Of a DNA stretch of 64,000 nt, positions 48,703 to 58,517 are shown one piece after another. Source of the stretch: Nitrososphaeria archaeon (GTDB lineage Archaea > Thermoproteota > Nitrososphaeria > Geothermarchaeales > JDFR-13); NCBI GenBank assembly GCA_027078545.1, contig JALWXN010000004.1, positions 32,001 through 96,000 of the forward strand, given 5' to 3'. Position numbers and translations under genes: made by a program. The first letter of the stretch is position 1; every line of letters begins with the position of its first letter. The notes under the pieces were generated by a model. The model was given only the letters and a program-made list of their open reading frames with translations, was not told where the DNA came from and did not search any database.

Positions 48703-49701
48703 TCACCTCAGGACATATAGATACCTAGTAAGATTAGAATGCACAGGAATCTTGAATTTATGGAGCATTCTTACACCGCTATCCTCGATAATATGGTCTA
48801 TATCTACATGCGTAAAGAAAGCAGAGCCTCTGGCGAATATAGCAATATCGTTTACAAGCTTCTCATAAACCTCAAAACTCTCCCTAGACGTCTTTGTTAT
48901 CCGGCCATATGGCGGATCAGTAGCTAGGTACAGATCCCGCATCCTGATAAAACCGTCGAACGAGTCTCCACACACCACATCATGCCACGAGGAGGGAGAA
49001 TACCCCTCGATATTTACTCTAGCTCCCCTAGCCCATCTACAGACCAACTCTACACATATGCTCGACAATCCTATAGACTCAGCCTCTATTGGAACCCCAC
49101 CCACACCACAGAACGGGTCATAAACTATGGATCCCCTAGGAGCACCAGATAGATTTATCAATATCCTAGCCAACTTGGGGTCGAGAGAGAAGGGTGAGAA
49201 GACGGGTCTACTGCTAGGCCTCCTCCTCGAGAAGGACTTCTTATCGTGGTGAAACTCGAGACCCAAGTAACTCTCCCTACCAACTATGTATCTAGCCACT
49301 ATCACCTCGGGATCTCTGAGGGACACCTTATAGACCCCGGATCTTTGGACTAGCCGGGCCAGGATATCTATGTCCCTATCCCTGTCTCTATACTCCCCCC
49401 TATAGACATGGATGTGGATGGCGAAGGATTTTGGCCTAAGCTCTCTAATAACACCCTCAATCTCTATGGGGGCTAGGCATAGTAGGCCACGCTTGATTAG
49501 GGCTGATCTCCACACTACATAGTCTATGAGCCGTGTCATCTCGGAATGGGTGACAGAGGCCTGGTCTGGGGTCTCTATATAGGCGAGGGGAGGCTCAACC
49601 CCCACAAACCTATGTTTAATACCCGCAGCGTCTAGGAGTATAGAGGCCTCCGCGACAGCTATCTCCGGAAAGTCTTGGGACAAATGGAGAACTATCTTCA
49701 T
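48703..49701 (-). CDS. trm11: THUMP-domain tRNA G10 methyltransferase (Trm11/TrmG10)
   Basis: RPVFSPFSLDPKLARILINL, YDPFCGVGG, ATDPPYGR, VHSNLTRY. Confidence 0.85.
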   Translation of the reverse strand: MKIVLHLSQDFPEIAVAEASILLDAAGIKHRFVGVEPPLAYIETPDQASVTHSEMTRLIDYVVWRSALIKRGLLCLAPIEIEGVIRELRPKSFAIHIHVYRGEYRDRDRDIDILARLVQRSGVYKVSLRDPEVIVARYIVGRESYLGLEFHHDKKSFSRRRPSSRPVFSPFSLDPKLARILINLSGAPRGSIVYDPFCGVGGVPIEAESIGLSSICVELVCRWARGARVNIEGYSPSSWHDVVCGDSFDGFIRMRDLYLATDPPYGRITKTSRESFEVYEKLVNDIAIFARGSAFFTHVDIDHIIEDSGVRMLHKFKIPVHSNLTRYLYVLR

Positions 49702-49705
49702 CTCA

Positions 49706-50611
49706 TTACATGCTACCAGCTATATCGGGCAACAAGTCAACTATGCTGATAGCCACATGTTCATCATACCTGACTGTATCGCTACCCATTACAAGATCTA
49801 CACCACTACTACTAAGCCTCTCTTCTGCACCTCCCACTAGGAATAGATGTGTAGCCACAGCATAGACCCTCTTAACACCCCTAGTCTTCAGGAATGAAGA
49901 CACCCCAGCCACCGTACCACCCGTAGATATCTCATCATCGACAATTACCGCTACGTCGTATGAGGAAATCTCACCACCAACAGTCTCGAAATTAAAGCTC
50001 ACCTCACCAGTCACCCTATCCCGCATCTTCTCCACAACTAGATAATCCACTCCAAACAGCGATGAGAGTGAGTCTACCAGGGGAGCCCTCCCCCTATCAG
50101 GAGCTACAAGCACCAGTTTATCATCACCCATGGATCTAACTATGTTCTCTACAAGGGATGGTAAGAGCGAGATAGATACCGCGTAAACAGGAGAATACCT
50201 CATAAAGGCTACAGGATTATGGACGTCAAAGGATATTATCCTATCCACACCCCTGCTACATACCGTCTCCAAGAAGAGTCTAAGCGTTAGTGGCTCCCCC
50301 TCCCTAAACCTCTTATCCTGCCTAGAATATGGGAGATATGGAAGAACCAAGACGACATCCCCATCTCCACAGTAGACATCCAATACATCCAAGACCTCTA
50401 GAAGCCTAAACACATTGTCCTGTACAGAGGGATACGCCCACCACAGTAAGATGTAGGGAGGATCAGCCGTCGATACCTGATCCGGGTCAATATATACGAT
50501 TGTCTCCCCATTGGGGAAGTCCTTCACCTCAACACTACATACAGTCCAATCCCCTGGTAGTCTGCCATCCACCCTCTGAAGATCAGAGGCCTTAACTATT
50601 ACTGTTGCCAC
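49706..50611 (-). CDS. prs: Ribose-phosphate pyrophosphokinase
   Basis: FPNGE, PYLPYSRQDKRFREGE, APDRG, VDDEISTGGT. Confidence 0.92.
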   Translation of the reverse strand: MATVIVKASDLQRVDGRLPGDWTVCSVEVKDFPNGETIVYIDPDQVSTADPPYILLWWAYPSVQDNVFRLLEVLDVLDVYCGDGDVVLVLPYLPYSRQDKRFREGEPLTLRLFLETVCSRGVDRIISFDVHNPVAFMRYSPVYAVSISLLPSLVENIVRSMGDDKLVLVAPDRGRAPLVDSLSSLFGVDYLVVEKMRDRVTGEVSFNFETVGGEISSYDVAVIVDDEISTGGTVAGVSSFLKTRGVKRVYAVATHLFLVGGAEERLSSSGVDLVMGSDTVRYDEHVAISIVDLLPDIAGSM

Positions 50612-50674
50612 ATATCTCTCAATAGAGGCTCACCGTCTTTAATATATTGTGGAACATTATCTGGTGACCAAGAT

Positions 50675-51118
50675 ATGAAGCCACTACACAGAGACCCTAC
50701 ATACCTGACCATCCTATACTATATAGAGAGGAATGGCAGAGCCTATCCCGACGAACTCGCCCATAGACTTGGAGTGACTAGACAGGCGGTGGAATACAGG
50801 CTTAAACGCCTAACGGAGGAGGGCCTCATATCCAAGGAGCGTGGCGACAGGATATACTACGTCCTCACAGAGAGGGGGAGAGCCTTAGTGAGAAGCACGA
50901 ATAGAGGATTAGGTAATGAGAAGAGAGGGGCAATACCCAGTATTAACAGCGAAGATATTAAGGCGAGACTGAAGTCTAAGCTGTTTCTACTACCCATAGC
51001 AATAGGATTGATCTCGATGGGCCAACATATAGCCGGAGGAGACCCTGCCAGAGGGATGATATCCCTCCTCATATGGATAATGGTGGGGGGCTTCACGTAC
51101 CTCCTAACGAGTAGATAG
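50675..51118 (+). CDS. Winged-HTH protein with two C-terminal TM helices
   Basis: ELAHRLGVTRQAVEYRLKRLTEEGLI HTH; hydrophobic LFLLPIAIGLISMG and MISLLIWIMVGGFTYLL. Confidence 0.75.
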   Translation: MKPLHRDPTYLTILYYIERNGRAYPDELAHRLGVTRQAVEYRLKRLTEEGLISKERGDRIYYVLTERGRALVRSTNRGLGNEKRGAIPSINSEDIKARLKSKLFLLPIAIGLISMGQHIAGGDPARGMISLLIWIMVGGFTYLLTSR

Positions 51119-51128
51119 CAGAGGGGGA

Positions 51129-52130
51129 CTAGACCTTAGAATCCAAGTACTCCTTAGCCTCTATGGCAGCCATAGCCCCAAAACCAGCAGCAGTCACCGC
51201 CTGCTGATACTTAGGATCCATCACGTCACCCGCTGCGAAGATCATTGGTAGGCTTGTCTTTACAAAGTCATGGGTCTTCACATATCCCCTCTCATCCAGC
51301 TCTAGGAGACCCTTTACAAGTGAGGTGTTTGGATCATGGCCGATCGCTATGAAGACACCATCCACCTCTAGAACCTCCTCCTCACCAGTCACCCTATTCT
51401 CAAGTTTCAGCCCTGTAACCTTCCTATCTCCAAGTATATCTTTTACCACCCTGTTCCACAACACCTCGATATTTCCACGTCTAGATACCTCCCTTACAAG
51501 AGCGTCTGAAGCCCTGAATCTATCCCTCCTATGTATAATGTAGATCTTCTTAGCAATGTCGGATAGGTATAGCGCATCTGTCAGGGCTGTGTCGCCTCCC
51601 CCCACAACCGCAACCACCTGATCTTTAAAGAAGTAGCCGTCACATACTGCACAGTACGATACACCCTTTCCCATCAGCCTCTTCTCCGACTCCAGCCCCA
51701 GCTCCCTATACTTAGCACCAGTAGCTAGTATCAATGTCCTCCCCAAGTACCAGTCACCAGCCACCAATACCTTAACAATATCACCCTCAACCTCTATCTT
51801 CTCAGCATCATAATCCACGAACTCTACTCCGAACCTAGTGGCCTGCCTAAACATACGCCTCATCAGTTCAGGACCATCTATCCCCTCCGGGAACCCTGGA
51901 TAGTTCTCCACCACTGTAGTAGTCATCAGCTGACCTCCCCATGAGAACCCTGTGATAACTAGTGTCGACAAGCCAAACCTCACTGTATATATAGCAGCCG
52001 TCAGCCCTGCAGGCCCCGAACCTATAATCACTACGTCATAGAGCTTACCCGGCTTCCCAATCTTCTTATTATAGTCTACCTGAAGGGACACTCCAAATGG
52101 GAGGCTCATGCTAAGATTCTTGCATACCAA
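51129..52130 (-). CDS. trxB: Thioredoxin reductase
   Basis: IIGSGPAGLTAAIY, VENYPGF, GVSYCAVCDG, VGGGDTA, FAAGDV. Confidence 0.96.
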   Translation of the reverse strand: MVCKNLSMSLPFGVSLQVDYNKKIGKPGKLYDVVIIGSGPAGLTAAIYTVRFGLSTLVITGFSWGGQLMTTTVVENYPGFPEGIDGPELMRRMFRQATRFGVEFVDYDAEKIEVEGDIVKVLVAGDWYLGRTLILATGAKYRELGLESEKRLMGKGVSYCAVCDGYFFKDQVVAVVGGGDTALTDALYLSDIAKKIYIIHRRDRFRASDALVREVSRRGNIEVLWNRVVKDILGDRKVTGLKLENRVTGEEEVLEVDGVFIAIGHDPNTSLVKGLLELDERGYVKTHDFVKTSLPMIFAAGDVMDPKYQQAVTAAGFGAMAAIEAKEYLDSKV

Positions 52131-52179
52131 GGCATATTTATTAAAGATATATCTACGTATAGTCTCTTAGGCGGTTGAG

Positions 52180-52593
52180 ATGAGTATGTACACACATAGG
52201 AAGGAGTTTCGATTCAGAGGATATACGTTGGAGGAGCTCCAGAAGATGGATATCAAGGAATTCGCCAAACTCGTGAACCCTAGAGCAAGGAGATTCCTCC
52301 TAAGAGGGAAGTTTACACCAGAAGTGAAAAGGCTGCTGGAGAAGGTAGAGTTGGCTAGGCAGGGGAAGTACAATAAACCGATCAGGACCCATGTGAGGGA
52401 AATGGTCATCCTACCAAAGATGGTAGGCCTAACAATCCATGTCTACAACGGAAAGGAGTTTGTCCCCGTCGAGATAAAGCCTGAAATGATAGGTAGGAGA
52501 CTGGGAGAGTTCTCACACACGGTCAAACCAGTGAAGCATGGAGAGCCAGGCCTAGGAAGTACCAGGTCCAGCTCCTACACCCCGATAAAGTAG
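52180..52593 (+). CDS. rps19: 30S ribosomal protein uS19
   Basis: [58 protein letters not shown]. Confidence 0.97.
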   Translation: MSMYTHRKEFRFRGYTLEELQKMDIKEFAKLVNPRARRFLLRGKFTPEVKRLLEKVELARQGKYNKPIRTHVREMVILPKMVGLTIHVYNGKEFVPVEIKPEMIGRRLGEFSHTVKPVKHGEPGLGSTRSSSYTPIK

Positions 52594-52649
52594 GGACTAG
52601 GAGTAGCTCGGTAAAGGTACAACCCTCATTTTTAATCCTACTTTGTTTT

Positions 52650-52743
<94 letters not shown>

Positions 52744-52787
52744 AGTACACCAATTTTATACATTTACCATAAGATTTAAAGAATTTA

Positions 52788-53105
52788 GTGGGATTATTGG
52801 ACAGCTTGCCCGGTGTGGAGAGGATGAGGAGGGAGAAGATATTTGGAGGCGGCTTAATAAGCGCTGGAGCCCTAGGAATAATCATATACTACTACCTCAT
52901 GTTCATGGCCGATGAAAAACTATCTATGCTAGCCGTAAAAGCAACCATATTCCTATTCATAGTGGGCCTAGCAGCCGCAATGATATGGATCGGATACACC
53001 TTGATAACCACTCCGCCTCCCAAATCTATCGAGGAGATAGAGAGGGAGATAGAGGAGGAGATCAAGAAGCTTGAGAAGAGCCTCGAAGAGGAGGAGAAGC
53101 AGTAA
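52788..53105 (+). CDS. Small membrane protein (2 TM, PPP motif, acidic coiled-coil tail)
   Basis: WIGYTLITTPPPKSIEEIEREIEEE; sits between two tRNAs; start may be downstream (MRREK). Confidence 0.75.
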   Translation: MGLLDSLPGVERMRREKIFGGGLISAGALGIIIYYYLMFMADEKLSMLAVKATIFLFIVGLAAAMIWIGYTLITTPPPKSIEEIEREIEEEIKKLEKSLEEEEKQ

Positions 53106-53156
53106 TAATCCATATAACTATATGAATAGATTCAATGGTATTGTGGATAGATGGGG

Positions 53157-53245
53157 GCGGGGGTTCCCCTAGCCTGGCCAACGGGGCGCGGTTGAGGACC
53201 GCGTGGCGTAGGCCTTCGTGGGTTCAAATCCCACCCCCCGCACCA
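53157..53245 (+). tRNA. tRNA-Leu(GAG); CCA encoded
   Basis: GCGGGGG/CCCCCGC acceptor, CGCGG-TT-GAG-GA-CCGCG, long variable arm, GGTTCAAATCC. Confidence 0.95.
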
Positions 53246-53976
53246 CCTAATACCTTCTCAACAGCCGTAGACACTATGTCTTCAAGATCCGGAGGATACT
53301 CAACCACGAGCTTCAAACCATCATCGAGTATTAAGACCTTCAGGTAGATCCTATCCATATAGCCCTCTAGAAAACGGCTCAACTCCCTAACCAGATCCGC
53401 CTCCTTCCAGCCATACACAATCTCCTCCCGTCTACGACGACTAGGCCTTCCCATCCTCTCCACTAGCTCCGGCTCAACATATCTTAGATACATCTCCCTC
53501 ATCTCCCTAGGCACCCCAGGCAGGACATAGAGCCAGGCCTCACCATGCCGAATCCTCATTCCCGGGGCAGCGCCTAGAGGGTTAGGTATTGGATCAGCAC
53601 CCTCCACTAGATAGGCCATCCTCTTCCTCATGTCGTCTAGCTCGATACCAAGCCTCTCATAGTATTTGATGAGCATGTCCAATGCGTCCTTCGAGAGTAT
53701 GAGAGGCCTGTTTAGATATTTGGATAGTGCTGTCCTGGTCACGTCATCCCTAGTTGGGCCTAGGCCACCCACTATAATCACTGTGTCAGAGATCGATAGT
53801 GAAACGTCCAGCTCACTGCTCAGGAGGTCTAGGTCGTCCCTAACTATGGATGCTCTCACAATCTCTGCTCCAACTATGTTAAGCCTATCCACCAGCCAGG
53901 GTGTATTCTCATCCTTAATCAGACCCTTGAGAACCTCAGTGGCAACAGTAATTATAGATGCCTTGAGGCTAGTCAC
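53224..53976 (-). CDS. CinA N-terminal / molybdopterin-binding-domain protein
   Basis: ASIITVATEVLKGLIKDEN, GGLGPTRDDVTR, NPLGAAPG, LPGVPREM. Confidence 0.88.
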   Translation of the reverse strand: MTSLKASIITVATEVLKGLIKDENTPWLVDRLNIVGAEIVRASIVRDDLDLLSSELDVSLSISDTVIIVGGLGPTRDDVTRTALSKYLNRPLILSKDALDMLIKYYERLGIELDDMRKRMAYLVEGADPIPNPLGAAPGMRIRHGEAWLYVLPGVPREMREMYLRYVEPELVERMGRPSRRRREEIVYGWKEADLVRELSRFLEGYMDRIYLKVLILDDGLKLVVEYPPDLEDIVSTAVEKVLGGAGGGI

Positions 53977-54686
53977 CTCTTACGCCTACCTGTACGCCTA
54001 GCAGCGAAGCTACCCACCTTCTTACCTGGGGGAGAGTTCCTAGCCACAGTCTTAGGCTTACCAACATGCTGATGCGAACCGCCTCCAAACGGGTGATCCA
54101 CAGGGTTCATAGCCACGCCCCTCACACGAGGCCATCTCTTACCGCCCTTAGCCTTCAACCACCAGTACTTAGCGCCGGCCTTAAGGAAAGGCTTGTCGGT
54201 CCTACCTCCACCAGCCACTACTCCAATAACAGCCCTGCAATTGGGGTTCAACACCTTACTCTTGCCAGACGGGAGTTTGACCTCAACACCGTCCCTGGTC
54301 CTACCTATCACCTGTACATATGTTCCAGAGGCTCGTCCAAACTTACCACCATCACCAGGAACCCCTTCCACCATAGATATCAGCGTACCTGGCGGGATAT
54401 CCTTAAGATACATTATGTCCCCAGGCTTAGGATCATCAGAATTATAGATCCTAATCTCCTGGCCAACATACATACCCTCCACAGCATGGATATAGAACTC
54501 TACCCCATCAGGAGTCTTCAGCTTAGCCATGGGAGTACCCCTACCAGGGTTATGCAGCAGTTCAACCACAGTCGCAGTAGTCGGCTCATTAAATAGTGGA
54601 ATAGCTGCAGGGGCTACAGACTTATGTGTAGATGCTCTATATACCGGGCTACTACCCATCCTCTGTGCGAGTATCCTCTTTCCCAT
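53973..54686 (-). CDS. rpl2: 50S ribosomal protein uL2
   Basis: MGKRILAQR, HNPGRGTP, GGGRTDKPFLKAG, WPRVRGVAMNPVDHPFGGG. Confidence 0.98.
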   Translation of the reverse strand: MGKRILAQRMGSSPVYRASTHKSVAPAAIPLFNEPTTATVVELLHNPGRGTPMAKLKTPDGVEFYIHAVEGMYVGQEIRIYNSDDPKPGDIMYLKDIPPGTLISMVEGVPGDGGKFGRASGTYVQVIGRTRDGVEVKLPSGKSKVLNPNCRAVIGVVAGGGRTDKPFLKAGAKYWWLKAKGGKRWPRVRGVAMNPVDHPFGGGSHQHVGKPKTVARNSPPGKKVGSFAARRTGRRKR

Positions 54687-54740
54687 CCCGATCCCCCAGC
54701 TCTATAATTAAGGCTTGAAAGCCAAATATTAAAGGCCCAG

Positions 54741-55016
54741 CTACAGTATGCCTAGTGAGGTGGCAACCCTCATAGCATCATCCTTATCGGCAAAGGTCAC
54801 GATAGCCTTCTTCAAACCCTTAGGCGTATTCATTATATTAACCTTCTTAACCTTGGCGTCGAACCGCCTCTCCACAACCCTCTTGACATCGCTCTTCGTA
54901 GCCTTCTTATCAACGATCAGTGTGATCTTACCCTCCCTCTCAAGTAGCAATATAGACTTCTCAGTGATCACGGGATATTTAACTATCCTGTAGAACTCGA
55001 GCTCCTCACTCATCAC
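54741..55016 (-). CDS. rpl23: 50S ribosomal protein uL23
   Basis: YPVITEKS, VDKKATKSDVK, KKAIVTF. Confidence 0.95.
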   Translation of the reverse strand: MMSEELEFYRIVKYPVITEKSILLLEREGKITLIVDKKATKSDVKRVVERRFDAKVKKVNIMNTPKGLKKAIVTFADKDDAMRVATSLGIL

Positions 55017-55830
55017 TCTTCACCACATGCCTCTTAACAACAAACCCAAACCTCTCCTCCAGCCTCGGGAGGGCATCCTCGATCCAAACGACGAGTCTAC
55101 CAGGCACGCCACCTGGGGCAAGATCCATAAGCGTCAGTTGATCCACACTCACAACATCAACGCCTGGGAAGTTCCTCACCGCCCTAGAAATCCCCCCATC
55201 ATTTAGATATACTATCAAAGGCCCAGCACCAACCTTCCTACGCCTACCCCTCCACGAAGCCTTACCACCAACAATCTTAATATTCTCGGCAACCCTCTCC
55301 ACATCATCCCAAAGACCAAGGGTCCTGAAAACCTCCCTAGCCTCCGACGACTTAGCGATGTTGGCAAACTCCGAAGTCACTATAAGCGGTATACTGGGTA
55401 CATTGTCAATCCTATGGCCCCTCTTAGCCACCAGTTCCCTCCTAGCCGTGGCGGCCACCGCACTAGCCGTAGCCAGCTTCAGCTCCTTCCTATTGATCTT
55501 CTTATAAATATTCTTCTCAGCCGTGGGTGCATGGGGCCTACGGCCACCCCTAGCCATAGCAACTATAGCTCCTCTCCCCCTGAGGGGAGGGTCTTTATAC
55601 CTAGGTATCCTAGCTATTCCAAGCCCTACACCGAAATACTCGGCACTGGTCTCCCTACCCGCGAGTGGATACCTCCCCTTAGGCTGTAGTCTATGGGTGA
55701 TTTGATGGAAGAATAACCTAGATATTATATCCTCCCTAACAGGGAGGTCAAATATCCTAGGCCTCCCAATCCTCTTCTCCTCCTCACCCACTAGGTTATA
55801 TACTGGAATCTCCTCCGACATGGTATCCAC
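55006..55830 (-). CDS. rpl4: 50S ribosomal protein uL4
   Basis: TSAEYFGVGLGIARIPR, GGRRPHAP, LAPGGVPGRL. Confidence 0.96.
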   Translation of the reverse strand: MDTMSEEIPVYNLVGEEEKRIGRPRIFDLPVREDIISRLFFHQITHRLQPKGRYPLAGRETSAEYFGVGLGIARIPRYKDPPLRGRGAIVAMARGGRRPHAPTAEKNIYKKINRKELKLATASAVAATARRELVAKRGHRIDNVPSIPLIVTSEFANIAKSSEAREVFRTLGLWDDVERVAENIKIVGGKASWRGRRRKVGAGPLIVYLNDGGISRAVRNFPGVDVVSVDQLTLMDLAPGGVPGRLVVWIEDALPRLEERFGFVVKRHVVKSDE

Positions 55831-55831
55831 C

Positions 55832-56833
55832 TCACAAGTCTATATAGGTTATCTTAACAGGAGTCTTCATCTCCTCCTTAACAGGCCTCATCGCGAACCT
55901 CATCTTTATCAGCCTCTTAGCTGGGCCAGGTACAGAACCCTTGAGGATGATGAACTTACTCTTGAGAAGACCATACTTATGGAAGGGCAATGGATGGTCA
56001 AAGTCTTCCGGAGACTTTATGTCAAGAATCTTTAGATTGTATATGGTCCTCCTGTGGAACCCCATCTGCCCAGCCAATGGAACGGTATACCTAGTGGCGG
56101 ATGGCTTCCAAGGCCCGAGGGCACCGGGCTTCCTACGGGCCTTCCTAGACTTATGGGAGAGGAGCTTAATACCCCACCTCTTCACAGGGCCCTGGAACCC
56201 CTTACCCTTAGTCACAGCTATAACGTCTATAACGTCACCAGGTGAAAATACCTGGTCTACCTCTATCTCCTTCCCGATAACACTCTTGGCATATTCAAAC
56301 CTATCCGATATACTTGAGCCACCACCAATCTGGATCTCGAAGATCTCCGGCTTCTTCTTACTTATACCAGCCTTTACAGGCTGTGTGGATACCAGTAGAC
56401 GGATTATCTTGGTCTCATCCAGTAGCTCCTCAGCCTTCTTCAACTGGTCCTCCATGTGGCCAGGTTTGAGGGTTACATCCCTCCTATTTATGAACTCGGG
56501 GAACTCGTCAGAGACCACCGTGAAGATACTCTTCAACGCGTTTGAGGTGAGATCAGCCTTATACCCAACCATCCCTAGGACAAATAGGGGAGGTGTCTCA
56601 ATAATCGTGACTGCGGAGAATATCTCCTGTCCACGATATGGAGAGAATTGATACTCATCGATATAATAGACATGGGTCATGCCAGCCTTGTATCCAGCGA
56701 ATCCGAGGGGCTTGGGCTCTGGAGAGTCTATAACTGGCCAAGCCTTAATAGCCGGATTTAGGGATTTAGCCCTCTTTCTAGGCGAGAAGGCCAGTGAACC
56801 TCTTTTAGGAGCATGTTTCTTTCGAGCGCCCAT
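55832..56833 (-). CDS. rpl3: 50S ribosomal protein uL3
   Basis: PKRGSLAFSPRKRA, GFAGYKAGMTH, VTKGKGFQGPVKRWG, AGQMGFHRRT. Confidence 0.98.
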   Translation of the reverse strand: MGARKKHAPKRGSLAFSPRKRAKSLNPAIKAWPVIDSPEPKPLGFAGYKAGMTHVYYIDEYQFSPYRGQEIFSAVTIIETPPLFVLGMVGYKADLTSNALKSIFTVVSDEFPEFINRRDVTLKPGHMEDQLKKAEELLDETKIIRLLVSTQPVKAGISKKKPEIFEIQIGGGSSISDRFEYAKSVIGKEIEVDQVFSPGDVIDVIAVTKGKGFQGPVKRWGIKLLSHKSRKARRKPGALGPWKPSATRYTVPLAGQMGFHRRTIYNLKILDIKSPEDFDHPLPFHKYGLLKSKFIILKGSVPGPAKRLIKMRFAMRPVKEEMKTPVKITYIDL

Positions 56834-56918
56834 CCCAACCACCTAGATCTTATGTCCGGACTATTCTTCTCCAACTAGAATATGCATAAGCCGGGAGAGA
56901 ATATTTAAAACTAGAGCC

Positions 56919-57797
56919 TCAGAGACGGCCAGAGCCAAGTATATAGTCGAATATGGCCAGAGCTATTAGCAGGGCCTCCTCCATCCTGATAGTCTCTACA
57001 CGCTGCCTATGGACTAGATTTATGTAGTAGTCGAAGACATTACGGGGATCCACATCATAATGCCCAAGTATTTCGTTCAAACCATACTCCGGAGCGCCCA
57101 GAACTAGTAGCAGCCTACCTACATCGACCGCCCTACTCCTCAACTCCCTCGGGTCTATATCACCGATATAGTCACCAGTCCTACTCAGACCTATTTTCAG
57201 ACCCTCATACCTATCGAGAAAGGTTGGTAGACTCTCCTTCAACCTACTCACCTTAAATCCTTGGTAGAGATCCAGATCAGAGGCCTCATCCATATCTAGG
57301 ACACGCCCGATCAGGTACTTCTCCGAGTTCTTAATAATCTCTATCAACGCAATCCTCGGAGGCTTAGAATCCCTCACCAAGACCGGTTTATCAAGACCCA
57401 CCTCATACAAATACCCACCCCCACCACTCCTACCAACTAGAAGCCCCACCCTATACTCGGGATACTCCAGATCCTTTATAGCCACCTTCTCCTTGAAGAG
57501 CTCAAGCTTCACAGGTGGGAGAGCCCCCGCATAGCTCAGGGACCTATCCCTAGAAAAGATTACTTTCTTAAGATACGGCGGGGTGATGAGGTATCTAAGC
57601 AGTGTGATAACATCCTTATATACAGTCCTATCTTGATTCAGGGGGTCGGGATATATGAATATCCTATCCACACCATAGATAGCTGCAGACCTAGCTACTA
57701 GGGATACGGCGAAGCTCCTCTGCATATTAGAGGATAAATTTGTTGTGAATGAGGTTGGTATAGCCACATCAATCCTAGGCCTCTCGTCCTTCATCAC
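56919..57797 (-). CDS. SPOUT-family RNA methyltransferase (COG2106-like)
   Basis: ARSAAIYGVDRI, YLITPPYLKK, YAGALPP, LGAPEYGL, QRVETIRMEEAL; usual position upstream of rpl3. Confidence 0.88.
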   Translation of the reverse strand: MMKDERPRIDVAIPTSFTTNLSSNMQRSFAVSLVARSAAIYGVDRIFIYPDPLNQDRTVYKDVITLLRYLITPPYLKKVIFSRDRSLSYAGALPPVKLELFKEKVAIKDLEYPEYRVGLLVGRSGGGGYLYEVGLDKPVLVRDSKPPRIALIEIIKNSEKYLIGRVLDMDEASDLDLYQGFKVSRLKESLPTFLDRYEGLKIGLSRTGDYIGDIDPRELRSRAVDVGRLLLVLGAPEYGLNEILGHYDVDPRNVFDYYINLVHRQRVETIRMEEALLIALAIFDYILGSGRL

Positions 57798-58467
57798 CTA
57801 TCCCCATACACTCTTCAACGATAGCTATTCCCGAGCTCGATCCTATTATATCAGCACCCGCATCGAGAAGAGCCGTGGCGGCTTTGCAGTTTCTTATCCC
57901 ACCCGATGCCTTTATCCCGATATCTGGGCTGAGCATCCCCCTTATAGCCGATACATCCTCCACAGTCGTTCCACGAGGGCCTTTACCAGTAGATGTCTTA
58001 AAGAAATCGGGCCCGGCCCGATTAATAGCTTCTACTGCCTTCCTCAATAATCTGTCGTTAAGGATAGTTACCTCAACGATGATCTTTATCCCCCTCCTCC
58101 ATGAATCCTTGACATATGAGGTGAGGCCCATAACCTCATCCACATATTCTTTGTAGAAGCCGTTCAGGAGTAGATTGACATTGGAGACTACATCCACCTC
58201 ATCAGCACCAGATGAGAATAGATAGTCTATTGTACGTAGCTTCGCCTCCAGACTATCCATCCCATATGGGAAGGATACGACCCCAATAAGAATGGTATCA
58301 CATTTATCGACAATGTCGCTCAGCCTGGCCACTATCCAGGGATGTGATACAAAGCCCCTTACACCAAGTCTACAACAGGCCCTATACTCCTCCACAACCT
58401 CCTTAAGCCTGATGTCTATAGATAGTCTTGTGTGGTCTATCTTAGAACCTATACCCTGCCTTGACAC
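57775..58467 (-). CDS. deoC: Deoxyribose-phosphate aldolase
   Basis: IDHT, VVSFPYG, GADEVDVV, KIIVE, FFKTSTG, IKASGGIR, IGSSSG. Confidence 0.93.
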   Translation of the reverse strand: MSRQGIGSKIDHTRLSIDIRLKEVVEEYRACCRLGVRGFVSHPWIVARLSDIVDKCDTILIGVVSFPYGMDSLEAKLRTIDYLFSSGADEVDVVSNVNLLLNGFYKEYVDEVMGLTSYVKDSWRRGIKIIVEVTILNDRLLRKAVEAINRAGPDFFKTSTGKGPRGTTVEDVSAIRGMLSPDIGIKASGGIRNCKAATALLDAGADIIGSSSGIAIVEECMGIGDEGREA

Positions 58468-58517
58468 TGCAAAAAATATTTGGTTGGAGAGATGGGAAAA
58501 ATTCTTGTTACTCCTAC

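Noticed and set aside
54066-56651. Plus-strand ORFs of 176 and 236 aa opposite rpl2 and rpl3
   Set aside because: Antisense shadows of unambiguous r-protein genes.
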